Shown here one piece after another: positions 28,890-43,663 of a stretch of DNA of 64,000 nucleotides (its first letter is position 1; every line of letters begins with the position of its first letter). The translations under genes were made by a program, and so were the position numbers. Below the pieces are notes generated by a model, which did not search any database, was not told the DNA's origin, and worked only from the letters and a program-made list of their open reading frames with translations. Source of the stretch: Eledone cirrhosa (lineage: Eukaryota); the NCBI GenBank assembly GCA_964016885.1, contig OZ024740.1:177816001-177880000 (forward strand). Reading direction: 5' to 3'.

Positions 28890-30370
28890 ATTGTAGTATA
28901 ATAAAAACAAACTAAAATTTGTTCAATTTGATATTGCCAGCTACTATTCCTCCATTTCGCCTTCACTTCTCAATAATGCTCTATCTTTCGCACTTAAATA
29001 TTCTGACATCACCACAGATGAACTTCACATCATTCTCACCGCACGTAAAACCATCCTAGAGTTCAACAACGAATATTGGACCAGAGCCGATACCTCTAAC
29101 AACTTCGACATCACAATGGGAGCATCCGATTCATCCCAATTGACTGATTTAATTGGTATCTTTATTTTGAACTCTTTGAGTCGGAAAATTCCTCAACTTC
29201 GCGGTGGAATTTATCGTGACGATGGACTCTTTACTATCTTAAATTGCAATATAGTTAACCTTAATATTATTAAGAACAATATACGTAATCTCTTTAACCA
29301 ACATAACCTAAAAATTGAATTTGATAACAGTATCAAACTAGCTAATTTCTTGGATGTATCTTTTAATCTTGACACTGGCCTATATTACCCTTACCATAAA
29401 AACAATGAGAACCTAAATTATGTTAACTTTAAATCTAACCATCCTACTAATATCAAGAATGCTATAGTTAGTAATATTGGAAAAAGAATATCTAACCTAT
29501 CTTCTAATAAAAACATCTTTGATGCTAACGCCAATTACTATAATAACGCGCTTTCTAAAGCCGGCTATCCTGATAAAATCAAATATAGTAAAGAAACAAA
29601 TTCTAGAAGAACTTACAGTAGAATAATTAATCATGATCATTCCAATAACTTTAACAAAAGACCTAGATACAAAAACATAATCTGGTATAATGCTCCTTTC
29701 TCCATCTCTATTAATAACAATATTCCTAAATTATTCTTTAGTGCCTTAAATTAATGCTTCCCTCCCTCACATATCTATAGTAAAATATTTAACAAACACA
29801 CCATAAAATTTTCTTATTCTACATCCTCCAACATTTCCAACATTATCTCTAAACACAACAATAAAATACTAAATACTAAATCTCTTCCTTCCAACACTGA
29901 ATTTCATAATAATAGTACTCCCGACGTCATTGTAAACCCTAGGCTAATTTCTACAAACCCAAATACAACGTCAAACACAACTTCGCTAAATGTTCATAAT
30001 CCCACTCTAAATCAAGAAACTATTATTCCTATCGCAAATAACTTCTCCAATCCAATTCCTTCTATAGATAACACTAGGTCACTCATTAATAATCTCTCTA
30101 ATTGCAATTGCAATTGCCCTATTAAAAATAAATGTCCTCTCAACAACCATTGTCTTGATAAAAACTTAATTTACGAATGTAAAGTTATAACTGACACCAA
30201 TTCCTTCACCTATTTTGGCTCCACTTCCACCTCTTTTAAAGTTCGTCTTTATAACCATCATTCATCTTTTAAATACAAACTTAAAAGAACCAACACGGCT
30301 CTCTCAGAACTCATATGGTCCTTGAAAGACAAAAACATTAAATATAGCATCTTTTGGAAGAAGATTTCTT
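28890..30370 (+). mobile_element. Penelope-like element, Naiad-like, truncated at both ends
   Basis: FDITMGASDSSQ, YRDDGL, FLDV, IIWYNAPFS, CNC..KCPLNNHCL..IY..YFGST..FK.RL.NH..SF, LSELIWSLK; TAA stop at 29752-29754. Confidence 0.8.
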
Positions 30371-31267
30371 CGTACAGTAGTATGTATATATATACATACA
30401 TGCACACATATATATATATGCACGTATCGGTTTACCTAACATTTATTACAATGCTCGGTTTGTTTGTTTGTAAACAAACAAACAGCCCGAATTACGCCGT
30501 ACAGTGTTTAGGCAACCACGTCACCCTTTTGTTCAACACTGACACAGGAACGATGTACCAGTTTCAAGCTTATTAGCTATCGTCAGCATCGTAAACCTTC
30601 CTGCCAGATGGTTGAACGTCTGAAAGTATATACTTTCCTTATGCATATTAACGGCTGAGCAGCCTAATTTGCATATCGAGTGAGTTCAGTCGGCCGGGCA
30701 CACCGAAAACGATAAATGGAATAGAATGAAACGAAATTTCATTTCTCACTCTTAGGACGGCACTTACTGGTGACGTGGTTGCCTAAACACTGTACGGCGT
30801 AATTCGGGCTTTTGTTTGTTTACAAACAAACAAACCGAGCATTGTAATAAATGTTCGGTAAACGGATACGTGCATATATATATATGTGTGCATGTATGTA
30901 TATATATACATACTACTGTACGTCTGTATACATATAGGTATGTACGTATACATACATACTTACATTTAAGTAAGTGCCGTACTAAGAGTGAGAAATGAAA
31001 TTTCGTTTCATTCTATTCCATATATATATATATAACGAAGGAAATGTGGTAAGGAACCAGATGGACCATAACGCACCAAAGTACTCAATACTTAGGGTAG
31101 TAGAGTGGGTAATAGGAACGAGTAGGACCCCGTTCCTATATATATTGAGAAAGGTTCTGGACAACAGGCAGTAGCTAAATGCCAGTTGTAGTCCGATATT
31201 TCCTAAAATAACCGGCCCAAAGCAATATCAAAGTTAATCGTGGTAAACAGACAAGTAATAATAATTG

Positions 31268-31545
31268 TTTCTACTTTTGGCACAAGGCCAGCAATTACAC
31301 AGTACATACTGGTACTTTATTTTATCGACCCCGTAAGGATGAAAGGCAAAGTTAACCTTGGCGGGATTTGAACTCAGAATAATTATAATTATTATTACAC
31401 AAGGATGAGTTCAAATCCCGCCGAGGTTAACTTTGCCTTTCATCCTTACGGGGTCGATAAAATAAAGTACCAGTCACGCACTGGAGTCGATTTAATCGAT
31501 TTCCCCCTCCTCAAAATTGTTGACCTTGTGCCTATATAAGAAGCC
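31268..31545. mobile_element. two SINE copies in inverted orientation
   Basis: 31268-31380 and 31405-31545 are reverse complements over the ggtactttat...gaactca core. Confidence 0.8.
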
Positions 31546-31765
31546 ATTAATATTACACAAGGTACAGTGACAATCGCTTTGTGTTAACTTTGATTGAGAA
31601 ATGGTAATTTGATATATAGCTACCCGTACAGTTGTGTGCACAGTTATACATGCGTGAGCACACGTATTCGCGCAAATGCATGCCTATTATATTTTAAAAT
31701 TTTAACTATTCATCATCTGTGTCAGTGTGTGTACGTGTTTTGGAAACCATTGGTAGCATATACAT

Positions 31766-31860
31766 CAGAGGTTCTCAAACATTTGGGACCCCCCCCCCAC
31801 CTCACGGCCACGTAATACCCTCAGCGCCCCCACCTTTATTTCCAGAGAGACCTGCCTACA
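31766..31860 (+). mobile_element. hAT-like terminal fragment
   Basis: CAGAGGTTCTCAAAC start typical of hAT/Charlie TIRs; no partner TIR seen. Confidence 0.35.
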
Positions 31861-31907
31861 CGTAAATTGTAAATAATATATAAATAAAATCGTTAATTCA
31901 TATAATT

Positions 31908-32335
31908 GTTTCTACTTTTGGCACAAGGCCAGCAATTATCCCAGTGCATTACTGGTACTTTATTTTATCGACCCCGTAAGGATAAAAGGCAAAGTTAACC
32001 TCGGTGGGATTTAAACTCAGACCGTAAAGGGACGTAACTCTCTGCTAGAGAGCATGGCATCCGACCCTCTACCGATACTGCCAATCCACCGCCCTTATAA
32101 TATAATATAATGTAATATAATATAAGGGTTTCTTATATAGGCACAAAGCTAGCAATTTTGGGGGAGGGGAAATCGATTAAATCGACTCCAGTGCATGACT
32201 GGTACTTTATTTTATCGACCCCGTAAGGATGAAAGGCAAAGTTAACCTCGGCGGGATTTGAACTCAGATCATAGAGGGCCGTAATTCTATGTTACAAAGC
32301 ATAGCGTCCGTCTCTCTACCGATACTACCATTCCA
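31908..32335 (-). mobile_element. two tandem SINE copies
   Basis: Same family core as 4147-4690. Confidence 0.8.
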
Positions 32336-32787
32336 AATATAATATGTATGTATGTCTGCGTGTGTGTGTGTGGGGGGGGGGGGGACGAATTCACATAGTC
32401 ATTAGAACGTCGGATTGAATGGTTTGCGGTATTCCTGGTCTCTTAGTTCAAATACCCGGCAGGTCAACTCTGCCTCTTCGACGTCGATAAAAACGTATAC
32501 CAATGTAGTACTGAAGTCGATTCTTCTACTATAATTCTTTCTCAATTCCTTTGAAGTACTCCTTCTCTCTTTCTCTGGATAAAATGGCGGCGTTCAGACG
32601 TGGAGAAATAATGGGCTACACCGGGTTTAAAGTGAAAATTACAGAGTCCCAAACACAGAAAATAACTGTAGTGGTAGGTGTTCCCATGAATAATAGTGAG
32701 AACATTGAGTACATTACCCTTAGGAATGGGAAAGGTGGACTGAGGTGATTACGAGCAATTGCAACCCTTATTTCTCCTATCAAATAA

Positions 32788-32903
<116 letters not shown>

Positions 32904-32951
32904 TACTAAAAATAATAATTATGTCAAGTCTAAAAAAAAGCTTTTGCAGAC

Positions 32952-33053
<102 letters not shown>

Positions 33054-33218
33054 ATATACACTTATCTATCGCACACACTAAAAGCACTAAGTTACACATA
33101 CCATCAATGTAAGCGTCTTGTCATTCAACGCCACCTGTCGTACACCGATTCTTTCGTTACCTTGAACCAGCAACACAATAAGAGACGGGCAGCCACAAAC
33201 ACATACACACAGGTAGGC

Positions 33219-33293
<75 letters not shown>

Positions 33294-33397
33294 TATTTTA
33301 TGTATAATAATACACACACACATATATATATGTATATATATATATGTGTGTGTGTGTGTACTGCATATATATATATATCATTGTCGGGTGTATACAC

Positions 33398-33431
<34 letters not shown>

Positions 33432-34400
33432 ATAGGCACATTACATTTACAAATACATATATGCTCAAAGATGTATATATGATATACAGCAGTTAAAAGA
33501 GAAGAATCATATGACAATTAAAAGGGTATCGTTTTACAATTGATAGGCTGTCGGCTGCCGAAAGGGAGCTGTTATCATGTGCTATCAATATGTTATCAGA
33601 TGTTATCATAGCATGACAATATGGCACTTACTAATGTGTACGCACAACTGGACACGAACGGGAGTGGAGACATAGCTCAGTCGAGACGGACATTGTTTTC
33701 CATCTAGCTGCTATACACCGAAATTGCGCACAGCCATGCGCATGGAATGGATCTCCGTTGGTTTCGTTGACGAGTGTTCGAACTGCTTGATGATCGGAAC
33801 AAACAGCCTGTTCAGGAAATTAGCATCCTAGAATTTAACATTCCACAGTATTTCTCATGGAAGATCGGCGTTGTACATTGTGTAAGGTAGCTGGCCGTTT
33901 GAATTATAGTTACAACTCATTTTTACCAGCCGAGTTTCCTGGAGTAGCGTGACATAATGTGTCTCGCTTAAAGACATACTGCGTCACCGGAAATCGAACT
34001 TACAATCTTACAATTGTGAACTGGTCACATTAACAGATCTGTAAACTCTCCCCGTCCGACGGGTAGATCTCCCACCCACTTTGGAGTGGGTGAGAGCTTT
34101 CATTGTAGCTTTCATTATGTAAAATCTTTGCCTCATTTCTCCCCGTGTTGGGGCACATTTTTTCATGGTACTCCCCGTTTGGGTTTTTAGAGGTTGGCAG
34201 GTCTGTGTTAAGCTGTAGGCCATACGTTTTCAAACGCACATTACACATACTACGGTTCGAGTTATTCTATTTCTCTCAGTTTCTGCAACTGCAGACTTTC
34301 GGGTTCAGTCCCACTGCAAAAATCTCCTACAAAAACCTCATGTTTACCAATACCATCTGAGTGAAATTTGCTACAAAGAACCTCTATTGAAGCAAGGAGT

Positions 34401-34505
<105 letters not shown>

Positions 34506-34873
34506 TTAAGGCTTTGTGGTTAAGGTATTCGTCTCACAACCGTAAGGTGGTATCTTTGAGCAAGACACTTTATTTCATATTGCTTCGGTCAACTCAGCTG
34601 GCAAAAATGAGTTGTACCTGTAAATCGAAGGGCCAGCCTTGTTACGTTCGGTGTCACGCTGAATCTTCCAGAGAACTATGTTAAGGGTACGTCCGTCTGT
34701 CTGTGAATGGTCAGCCACTTGCACTTTAATTTTACGAGCAGGCTGTTCCGTTGATCGGATCAATTGCAACACTCATCGTCGCAACCCATGGAGTGGTAGT
34801 AAAATATACATACATATATATATATATATATATACATTTTTTTTCTTCCTAATAATCGTCTTTTTCTCCCTGT

Positions 34874-34903
<30 letters not shown>

Positions 34904-34909
<6 letters not shown>

Positions 34910-37900
34910 ATAAATGCTCTGAAATAGCGATATATATGTGAATATAGACATAGAATATTCGAAAATATTCTGTATGTTTATAATAAACATTTTGAAGACC
35001 TAATCGCTATAGAATAGAATACGTCACGTATTACAATTAGATTCTCGATAAAAGCAAGGGAAGTAATCTACGCGTTTCATTCTCGTAAGAAATCATCAGG
35101 ACTACATATCCAGTGCTTTCATCGAGAATGACACAGCTAGAGACTTATAGAATACTTAGCTGCGTACAGGAACTGGTTTGAAAGAGCGGTTGCCGGTCCG
35201 GCAGAAATTAGAAATTGGAATAAATGCTCTGAAATAGCGATATATATGTGAATATAGACATAGAATATTCGAAAATATTCTGTATGTTTATAATAAACAT
35301 TTTGAAGACCTAATCGCTATAGAATAGAATACGTCACGTATTACAATTAGATTCTCGATAAAAGCAAGGGAAGTAATCTACGCGTTTCATTCTCGTAAGA
35401 AATCATCAGGACTACATATCCAGTGCTTTCATCGAGAATGACACAGCTAGAGACTTATAGAATACTTAGCTGCGTACAGGAACTGGTTTGAAAGAGCGGT
35501 TGCCGGTCCGGCAGAAATTAGAAATTGGAATAAATGCTCTGAAATAGCGATATATATGTGAATATAGACATAGAATATTCGAAAATATTCTGTATGTTTA
35601 TAATAAACATTTTGAAGACCTAATCGCTATAGAATAGAATACGTCACGTATTACAATTAGATTCTCGATAAAAGCAAGGGAAGTAATCTACGCGTTTCAT
35701 TCTCGTAAGAAATCATCAGGACTACATATCCAGTGCTTTCATCGAGAATGACACAGCTAGAGACTTATAGAATACTTAGCTGCGTACAGGAACTGGTTTG
35801 AAAGAGCGGTTGCCGGTCCGGCAGAAATTAGAAATTGGAATAAATGCTCTGAAATAGCGATATATATGTGAATATAGACATAGAATATTCGAAAATATTC
35901 TGTATGTTTATAATAAACATTTTGAAGACCTAATCGCTATAGAATAGAATACGTCACGTATTACAATTAGATTCTCGATAAAAGCAAGGGAAGTAATCTA
36001 CGCGTTTCATTCTCGTAAGAAATCATCAGGACTACATATCCAGTGCTTTCATCGAGAATGACACAGCTAGAGACTTATAGAATACTTAGCTGCGTACAGG
36101 AACTGGTTTGAAAGAGCGGTTGCCGGTCCGGCAGAAATTAGAAATTGGAATAAATGCTCTGAAATAGCGATATATATGTGAATATAGACATAGAATATTC
36201 GAAAATATTCTGTATGTTTATAATAAACATTTTGAAGACCTAATCGCTATAGAATAGAATACGTCACGTATTACAATTAGATTCTCGATAAAAGCAAGGG
36301 AAGTAATCTACGCGTTTCATTCTCGTAAGAAATCATCAGGACTACATATCCAGTGCTTTCATCGAGAATGACACAGCTAGAGACTTATAGAATACTTAGC
36401 TGCGTACAGGAACTGGTTTGAAAGAGCGGTTGCCGGTCCGGCAGAAATTAGAAATTGGAATAAATGCTCTGAAATAGCGATATATATGTGAATATAGACA
36501 TAGAATATTCGAAAATATTCTGTATGTTTATAATAAACATTTTGAAGACCTAATCGCTATAGAATAGAATACGTCACGTATTACAATTAGATTCTCGATA
36601 AAAGCAAGGGAAGTAATCTACGCGTTTCATTCTCGTAAGAAATCATCAGGACTACATATCCAGTGCTTTCATCGAGAATGACACAGCTAGAGACTTATAG
36701 AATACTTAGCTGCGTACAGGAACTGGTTTGAAAGAGCGGTTGCCGGTCCGGCAGAAATTAGAAATTGGAATAAATGCTCTGAAATAGCGATATATATGTG
36801 AATATAGACATAGAATATTCGAAAATATTCTGTATGTTTATAATAAACATTTTGAAGACCTAATCGCTATAGAATAGAATACGTCACGTATTACAATTAG
36901 ATTCTCGATAAAAGCAAGGGAAGTAATCTACGCGTTTCATTCTCGTAAGAAATCATCAGGACTACATATCCAGTGCTTTCATCGAGAATGACACAGCTAG
37001 AGACTTATAGAATACTTAGCTGCGTACAGGAACTGGTTTGAAAGAGCGGTTGCCGGTCCGGCAGAAATTAGAAATTGGAATAAATGCTCTGAAATAGCGA
37101 TATATATGTGAATATAGACATAGAATATTCGAAAATATTCTGTATGTTTATAATAAACATTTTGAAGACCTAATCGCTATAGAATAGAATACGTCACGTA
37201 TTACAATTAGATTCTCGATAAAAGCAAGGGAAGTAATCTACGCGTTTCATTCTCGTAAGAAATCATCAGGACTACATATCCAGTGCTTTCATCGAGAATG
37301 ACACAGCTAGAGACTTATAGAATACTTAGCTGCGTACAGGAACTGGTTTGAAAGAGCGGTTGCCGGTCCGGCAGAAATTAGAAATTGGAATAAATGCTCT
37401 GAAATAGCGATATATATGTGAATATAGACATAGAATATTCGAAAATATTCTGTATGTTTATAATAAACATTTTGAAGACCTAATCGCTATAGAATAGAAT
37501 ACGTCACGTATTACAATTAGATTCTCGATAAAAGCAAGGGAAGTAATCTACGCGTTTCATTCTCGTAAGAAATCATCAGGACTACATATCCAGTGCTTTC
37601 ATCGAGAATGACACAGCTAGAGACTTATAGAATACTTAGCTGCGTACAGGAACTGGTTTGAAAGAGCGGTTGCCGGTCCGGCAGAAATTAGAAATTGGAA
37701 TAAATGCTCTGAAATAGCGATATATATGTGAATATAGACATAGAATATTCGAAAATATTCTGTATGTTTATAATAAACATTTTGAAGACCTAATCGCTAT
37801 AGAATAGAATACGTCACGTATTACAATTAGATTCTCGATAAAAGCAAGGGAAGTAATCTACGCGTTTCATTCTCGTAAGAAATCATCAGGACTACATATC

Positions 37901-37944
37901 CAGTGCTTTCATCGAGAATGACACAGCTAGAGACTTATAGAATA
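34904..37944 (-). repeat. 310-bp tandem array, left arm (~9.8 units; ribozyme on minus strand)
   Basis: Exact 310-bp periodicity (ttggaa ends at 34910, 35220, ...); no differences between units seen by eye. Confidence 0.97.
35063..35105 (-). ncRNA. type I hammerhead ribozyme (first of 10 copies at 310-bp spacing, last at 37853-37895)
   Basis: Reverse complement reads GTAGTC-CTGATGA-tttct-TACG-agaat-GAAAC-GC-GTA-GATTAC. Confidence 0.85.
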
Positions 37945-40761
37945 TTTTCGAATATTCTATGTCTATATTCACATATATATCGCTATTTCAGAGCATTTAT
38001 TCCAATTTCTAATTTCTGCCGGACCGGCAACCGCTCTTTCAAACCAGTTCCTGTACGCAGCTAAGTATTCTATAAGTCTCTAGCTGTGTCATTCTCGATG
38101 AAAGCACTGGATATGTAGTCCTGATGATTTCTTACGAGAATGAAACGCGTAGATTACTTCCCTTGCTTTTATCGAGAATCTAATTGTAATACGTGACGTA
38201 TTCTATTCTATAGCGATTAGGTCTTCAAAATGTTTATTATAAACATACAGAATATTTTCGAATATTCTATGTCTATATTCACATATATATCGCTATTTCA
38301 GAGCATTTATTCCAATTTCTAATTTCTGCCGGACCGGCAACCGCTCTTTCAAACCAGTTCCTGTACGCAGCTAAGTATTCTATAAGTCTCTAGCTGTGTC
38401 ATTCTCGATGAAAGCACTGGATATGTAGTCCTGATGATTTCTTACGAGAATGAAACGCGTAGATTACTTCCCTTGCTTTTATCGAGAATCTAATTGTAAT
38501 ACGTGACGTATTCTATTCTATAGCGATTAGGTCTTCAAAATGTTTATTATAAACATACAGAATATTTTCGAATATTCTATGTCTATATTCACATATATAT
38601 CGCTATTTCAGAGCATTTATTCCAATTTCTAATTTCTGCCGGACCGGCAACCGCTCTTTCAAACCAGTTCCTGTACGCAGCTAAGTATTCTATAAGTTTC
38701 TAGCTGTGTCATTCTCGATGAAAGCACTGGATATGTAGTCCTGATGATTTCTTACGAGAATGAAACGCGTAGATTACTTCCCTTGCTTTTATCGAGAATC
38801 TAATTGTAATACGTGACGTATTCTATTCTATAGCGATTAGGTCTTCAAAATGTTTATTATAAACATACAGAATATTTTCGAATATTCTATGTCTATATTC
38901 ACATATATATCGCTATTTCAGAGCATTTATTCCAATTTCTAATTTCTGCCGGACCGGCAACCGCTCTTTCAAACCAGTTCCTGTACGCAGCTAAGTATTC
39001 TATAAGTCTCTAGCTGTGTCATTCTCGATGAAAGCACTGGATATGTAGTCCTGATGATTTCTTACGAGAATGAAACGCGTAGATTACTTCCCTTGCTTTT
39101 ATCGAGAATCTAATTGTAATACGTGACGTATTCTATTCTATAGCGATTAGGTCTTCAAAATGTTTATTATAAACATACAGAATATTTTCGAATATTCTAT
39201 GTCTATATTCACATATATATCGCTATTTCAGAGCATTTATTCCAATTTCTAATTTCTGCCGGACCGGCAACCGCTCTTTCAAACCAGTTCCTGTACGCAG
39301 CTAAGTATTCTATAAGTCTCTAGCTGTGTCATTCTCGATGAAAGCACTGGATATGTAGTCCTGATGATTTCTTACGAGAATGAAACGCGTAGATTACTTC
39401 CCTTGCTTTTATCGAGAATCTAATTGTAATACGTGACGTATTCTATTCTATAGCGATTAGGTCTTCAAAATGTTTATTATAAACATACAGAATATTTTCG
39501 AATATTCTATGTCTATATTCACATATATATCGCTATTTCAGAGCATTTATTCCAATTTCTAATTTCTGCCGGACCGGCAACCGCTCTTTCAAACCAGTTC
39601 CTGTACGCAGCTAAGTATTCTATAAGTCTCTAGCTGTGTCATTCTCGATGAAAGCACTGGATATGTAGTCCTGATGATTTCTTACGAGAATGAAACGCGT
39701 AGATTACTTCCCTTGCTTTTATCGAGAATCTAATTGTAATACGTGACGTATTCTATTCTATAGCGATTAGGTCTTCAAAATGTTTATTATAAACATACAG
39801 AATATTTTCGAATATTCTATGTCTATATTCACATATATATCGCTATTTCAGAGCATTTATTCCAATTTCTAATTTCTGCCGGACCGGCAACCGCTCTTTC
39901 AAACCAGTTCCTGTACGCAGCTAAGTATTCTATAAGTCTCTAGCTGTGTCATTCTCGATGAAAGCACTGGATATGTAGTCCTGATGATTTCTTACGAGAA
40001 TGAAACGCGTAGATTACTTCCCTTGCTTTTATCGAGAATCTAATTGTAATACGTGACGTATTCTATTCTATAGCGATTAGGTCTTCAAAATGTTTATTAT
40101 AAACATACAGAATATTTTCGAATATTCTATGTCTATATTCACATATATATCGCTATTTCAGAGCATTTATTCCAATTTCTAATTTCTGCCGGACCGGCAA
40201 CCGCTCTTTCAAACCAGTTCCTGTACGCAGCTAAGTATTCTATAAGTCTCTAGCTGTGTCATTCTCGATGAAAGCACTGGATATGTAGTCCTGATGATTT
40301 CTTACGAGAATGAAACGCGTAGATTACTTCCCTTGCTTTTATCGAGAATCTAATTGTAATACGTGACGTATTCTATTCTATAGCGATTAGGTCTTCAAAA
40401 TGTTTATTATAAACATACAGAATATTTTCGAATATTCTATGTCTATATTCACATATATATCGCTATTTCAGAGCATTTATTCCAATTTCTAATTTCTGCC
40501 GGACCGGCAACCGCTCTTTCAAACCAGTTCCTGTACGCAGCTAAGTATTCTATAAGTCTCTAGCTGTGTCATTCTCGATGAAAGCACTGGATATGTAGTC
40601 CTGATGATTTCTTACGAGAATGAAACGCGTAGATTACTTCCCTTGCTTTTATCGAGAATCTAATTGTAATACGTGACGTATTCTATTCTATAGCGATTAG
40701 GTCTTCAAAATGTTTATTATAAACATACAGAATATTTTCGAATATTCTATGTCTATATTCA
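37939..40761 (+). repeat. 310-bp tandem array, right arm (~9.1 units, inverted relative to left arm)
   Basis: Reverse complement of the left-arm unit; one visible variant (C>T at 38698). Confidence 0.97.
38115..38157 (+). ncRNA. type I hammerhead ribozyme (first of 9 copies, last at 40595-40637)
   Basis: Stem I GTAGTC/GATTAC, core CTGATGA 38121-38127, stem II TTCT/AGAA with TACG loop, GAAA 38142-38145, palindromic stem III ACGCGT, GUA cleavage after 38151; stem I extends 38091-38179. Confidence 0.85.
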
Positions 40762-40787
40762 TATATATATATATATATATATATATG

Positions 40788-42405
<1,618 letters not shown>

Positions 42406-42634
42406 ATTTGTATGACTGTGTGTCTATGTTTACGTGATGTAGCGGCTCGACAAAAAGAAAATAATAAAATATGTACCAAAATAAGACTTGAAATCTTAAG
42501 ATATGATCGACTAAATTCCTTTGAGGCGGTACACCATCATGATTGCAATCTAAATAATACAGTTTCAAGAAACCAATAAAAGAATCTGCTTACTAAAGAA
42601 ATATGTTTGCGTCAGTATATATATACGTATATAT

Positions 42635-42670
<36 letters not shown>

Positions 42671-42859
42671 GCGCGCGGGTGTGTGTGTGTGTGTGTGTGT
42701 GTGTGTATTTCCGTGTATGCTTTTACATCTACACTTAAACAACCGACAGATAGAGATCGATAAAACAAGTAGCAGACTTAAATAATGTATTGAAAGCGAT
42801 GCCCCAACACAACCGCAGTCCAATGACCGAAAACAATAAAAGAGGAAATGTATGTATAT

Positions 42860-43628
42860 ATATATATATATATAAAACAGAGGATGTCTGTCTGTGTGTC
42901 TGTTTCCCTAAAACTCGAGAAGTACCCAACCGTTTTTTTTTCAAACTTTACACATATAACCCGTATGGCCCCGGAAGTGTTTTGAGCAAAAACAAATTTC
43001 AAATTATTCTGACCTAGAAATCAAATTAGTGAAGTGGCTAATGTCTGTACATAATGAGGGAGTGAGAGGGGAGAGAAAGAAACGGAGAGGCGAAGTGAAG
43101 AAGTGGCTCCTCCTCTCCTTCTCCCCATTCGTCACAGCGTTTTTCGATAGAGGGGAGAAATGTGAACGAGTTACAGAGAGAAAGAGTGAGAGTGAAAGAA
43201 ACAGACAGACTAAAAGAGGGGGATAACGGGAGAGAGAGAGAGAGAGTGACAGACGCCGTCTTTTGAGAGTTGTATGCGTCAAAGATACATGACAGTGGAA
43301 TAACTATTGTGTGTGTGTGTGTGTGTGTGTGTACGTGCGCGCGTGTGTGTGTGAGTTTGTGTGCGTTTGCATGCGTAAGTCTATATGTGTGCGTGAGTGA
43401 TTATAAACTCTCTCACATGGTCTGATGGAATTAACCCTTTAGCATTTACATTACTCTATATATACTATATTATTTTCATGGTAAAAGCTTTATCTCACAT
43501 AATATAAAAATCTCATAGATTTAATATTATTTATTTTGAGAACAAAACCCTTTAGTATTAATGTAAGTGAGTTATAAAGAGAAAGAGTGAGAGTGAAAGA
43601 AACAGACAGACTAAAAGAGGGGGATAGC

Positions 43629-43663
<35 letters not shown>

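Noticed and set aside
29752-29754. Selenocysteine recoding in the Naiad-like ORF
   Set aside because: The stop is TAA, not TGA
34985-35215. Second hammerhead on the opposite polarity (TTGAAGA or TTGAAAGA..GAAA)
   Set aside because: No CUGANGA core with compatible stems I-III could be built by eye
34904-40761. CRISPR array or plain centromeric satellite
   Set aside because: Units are identical with no variable spacers, the context is eukaryotic with no cas genes, and the ribozyme core plus hairpins argue against neutral satellite
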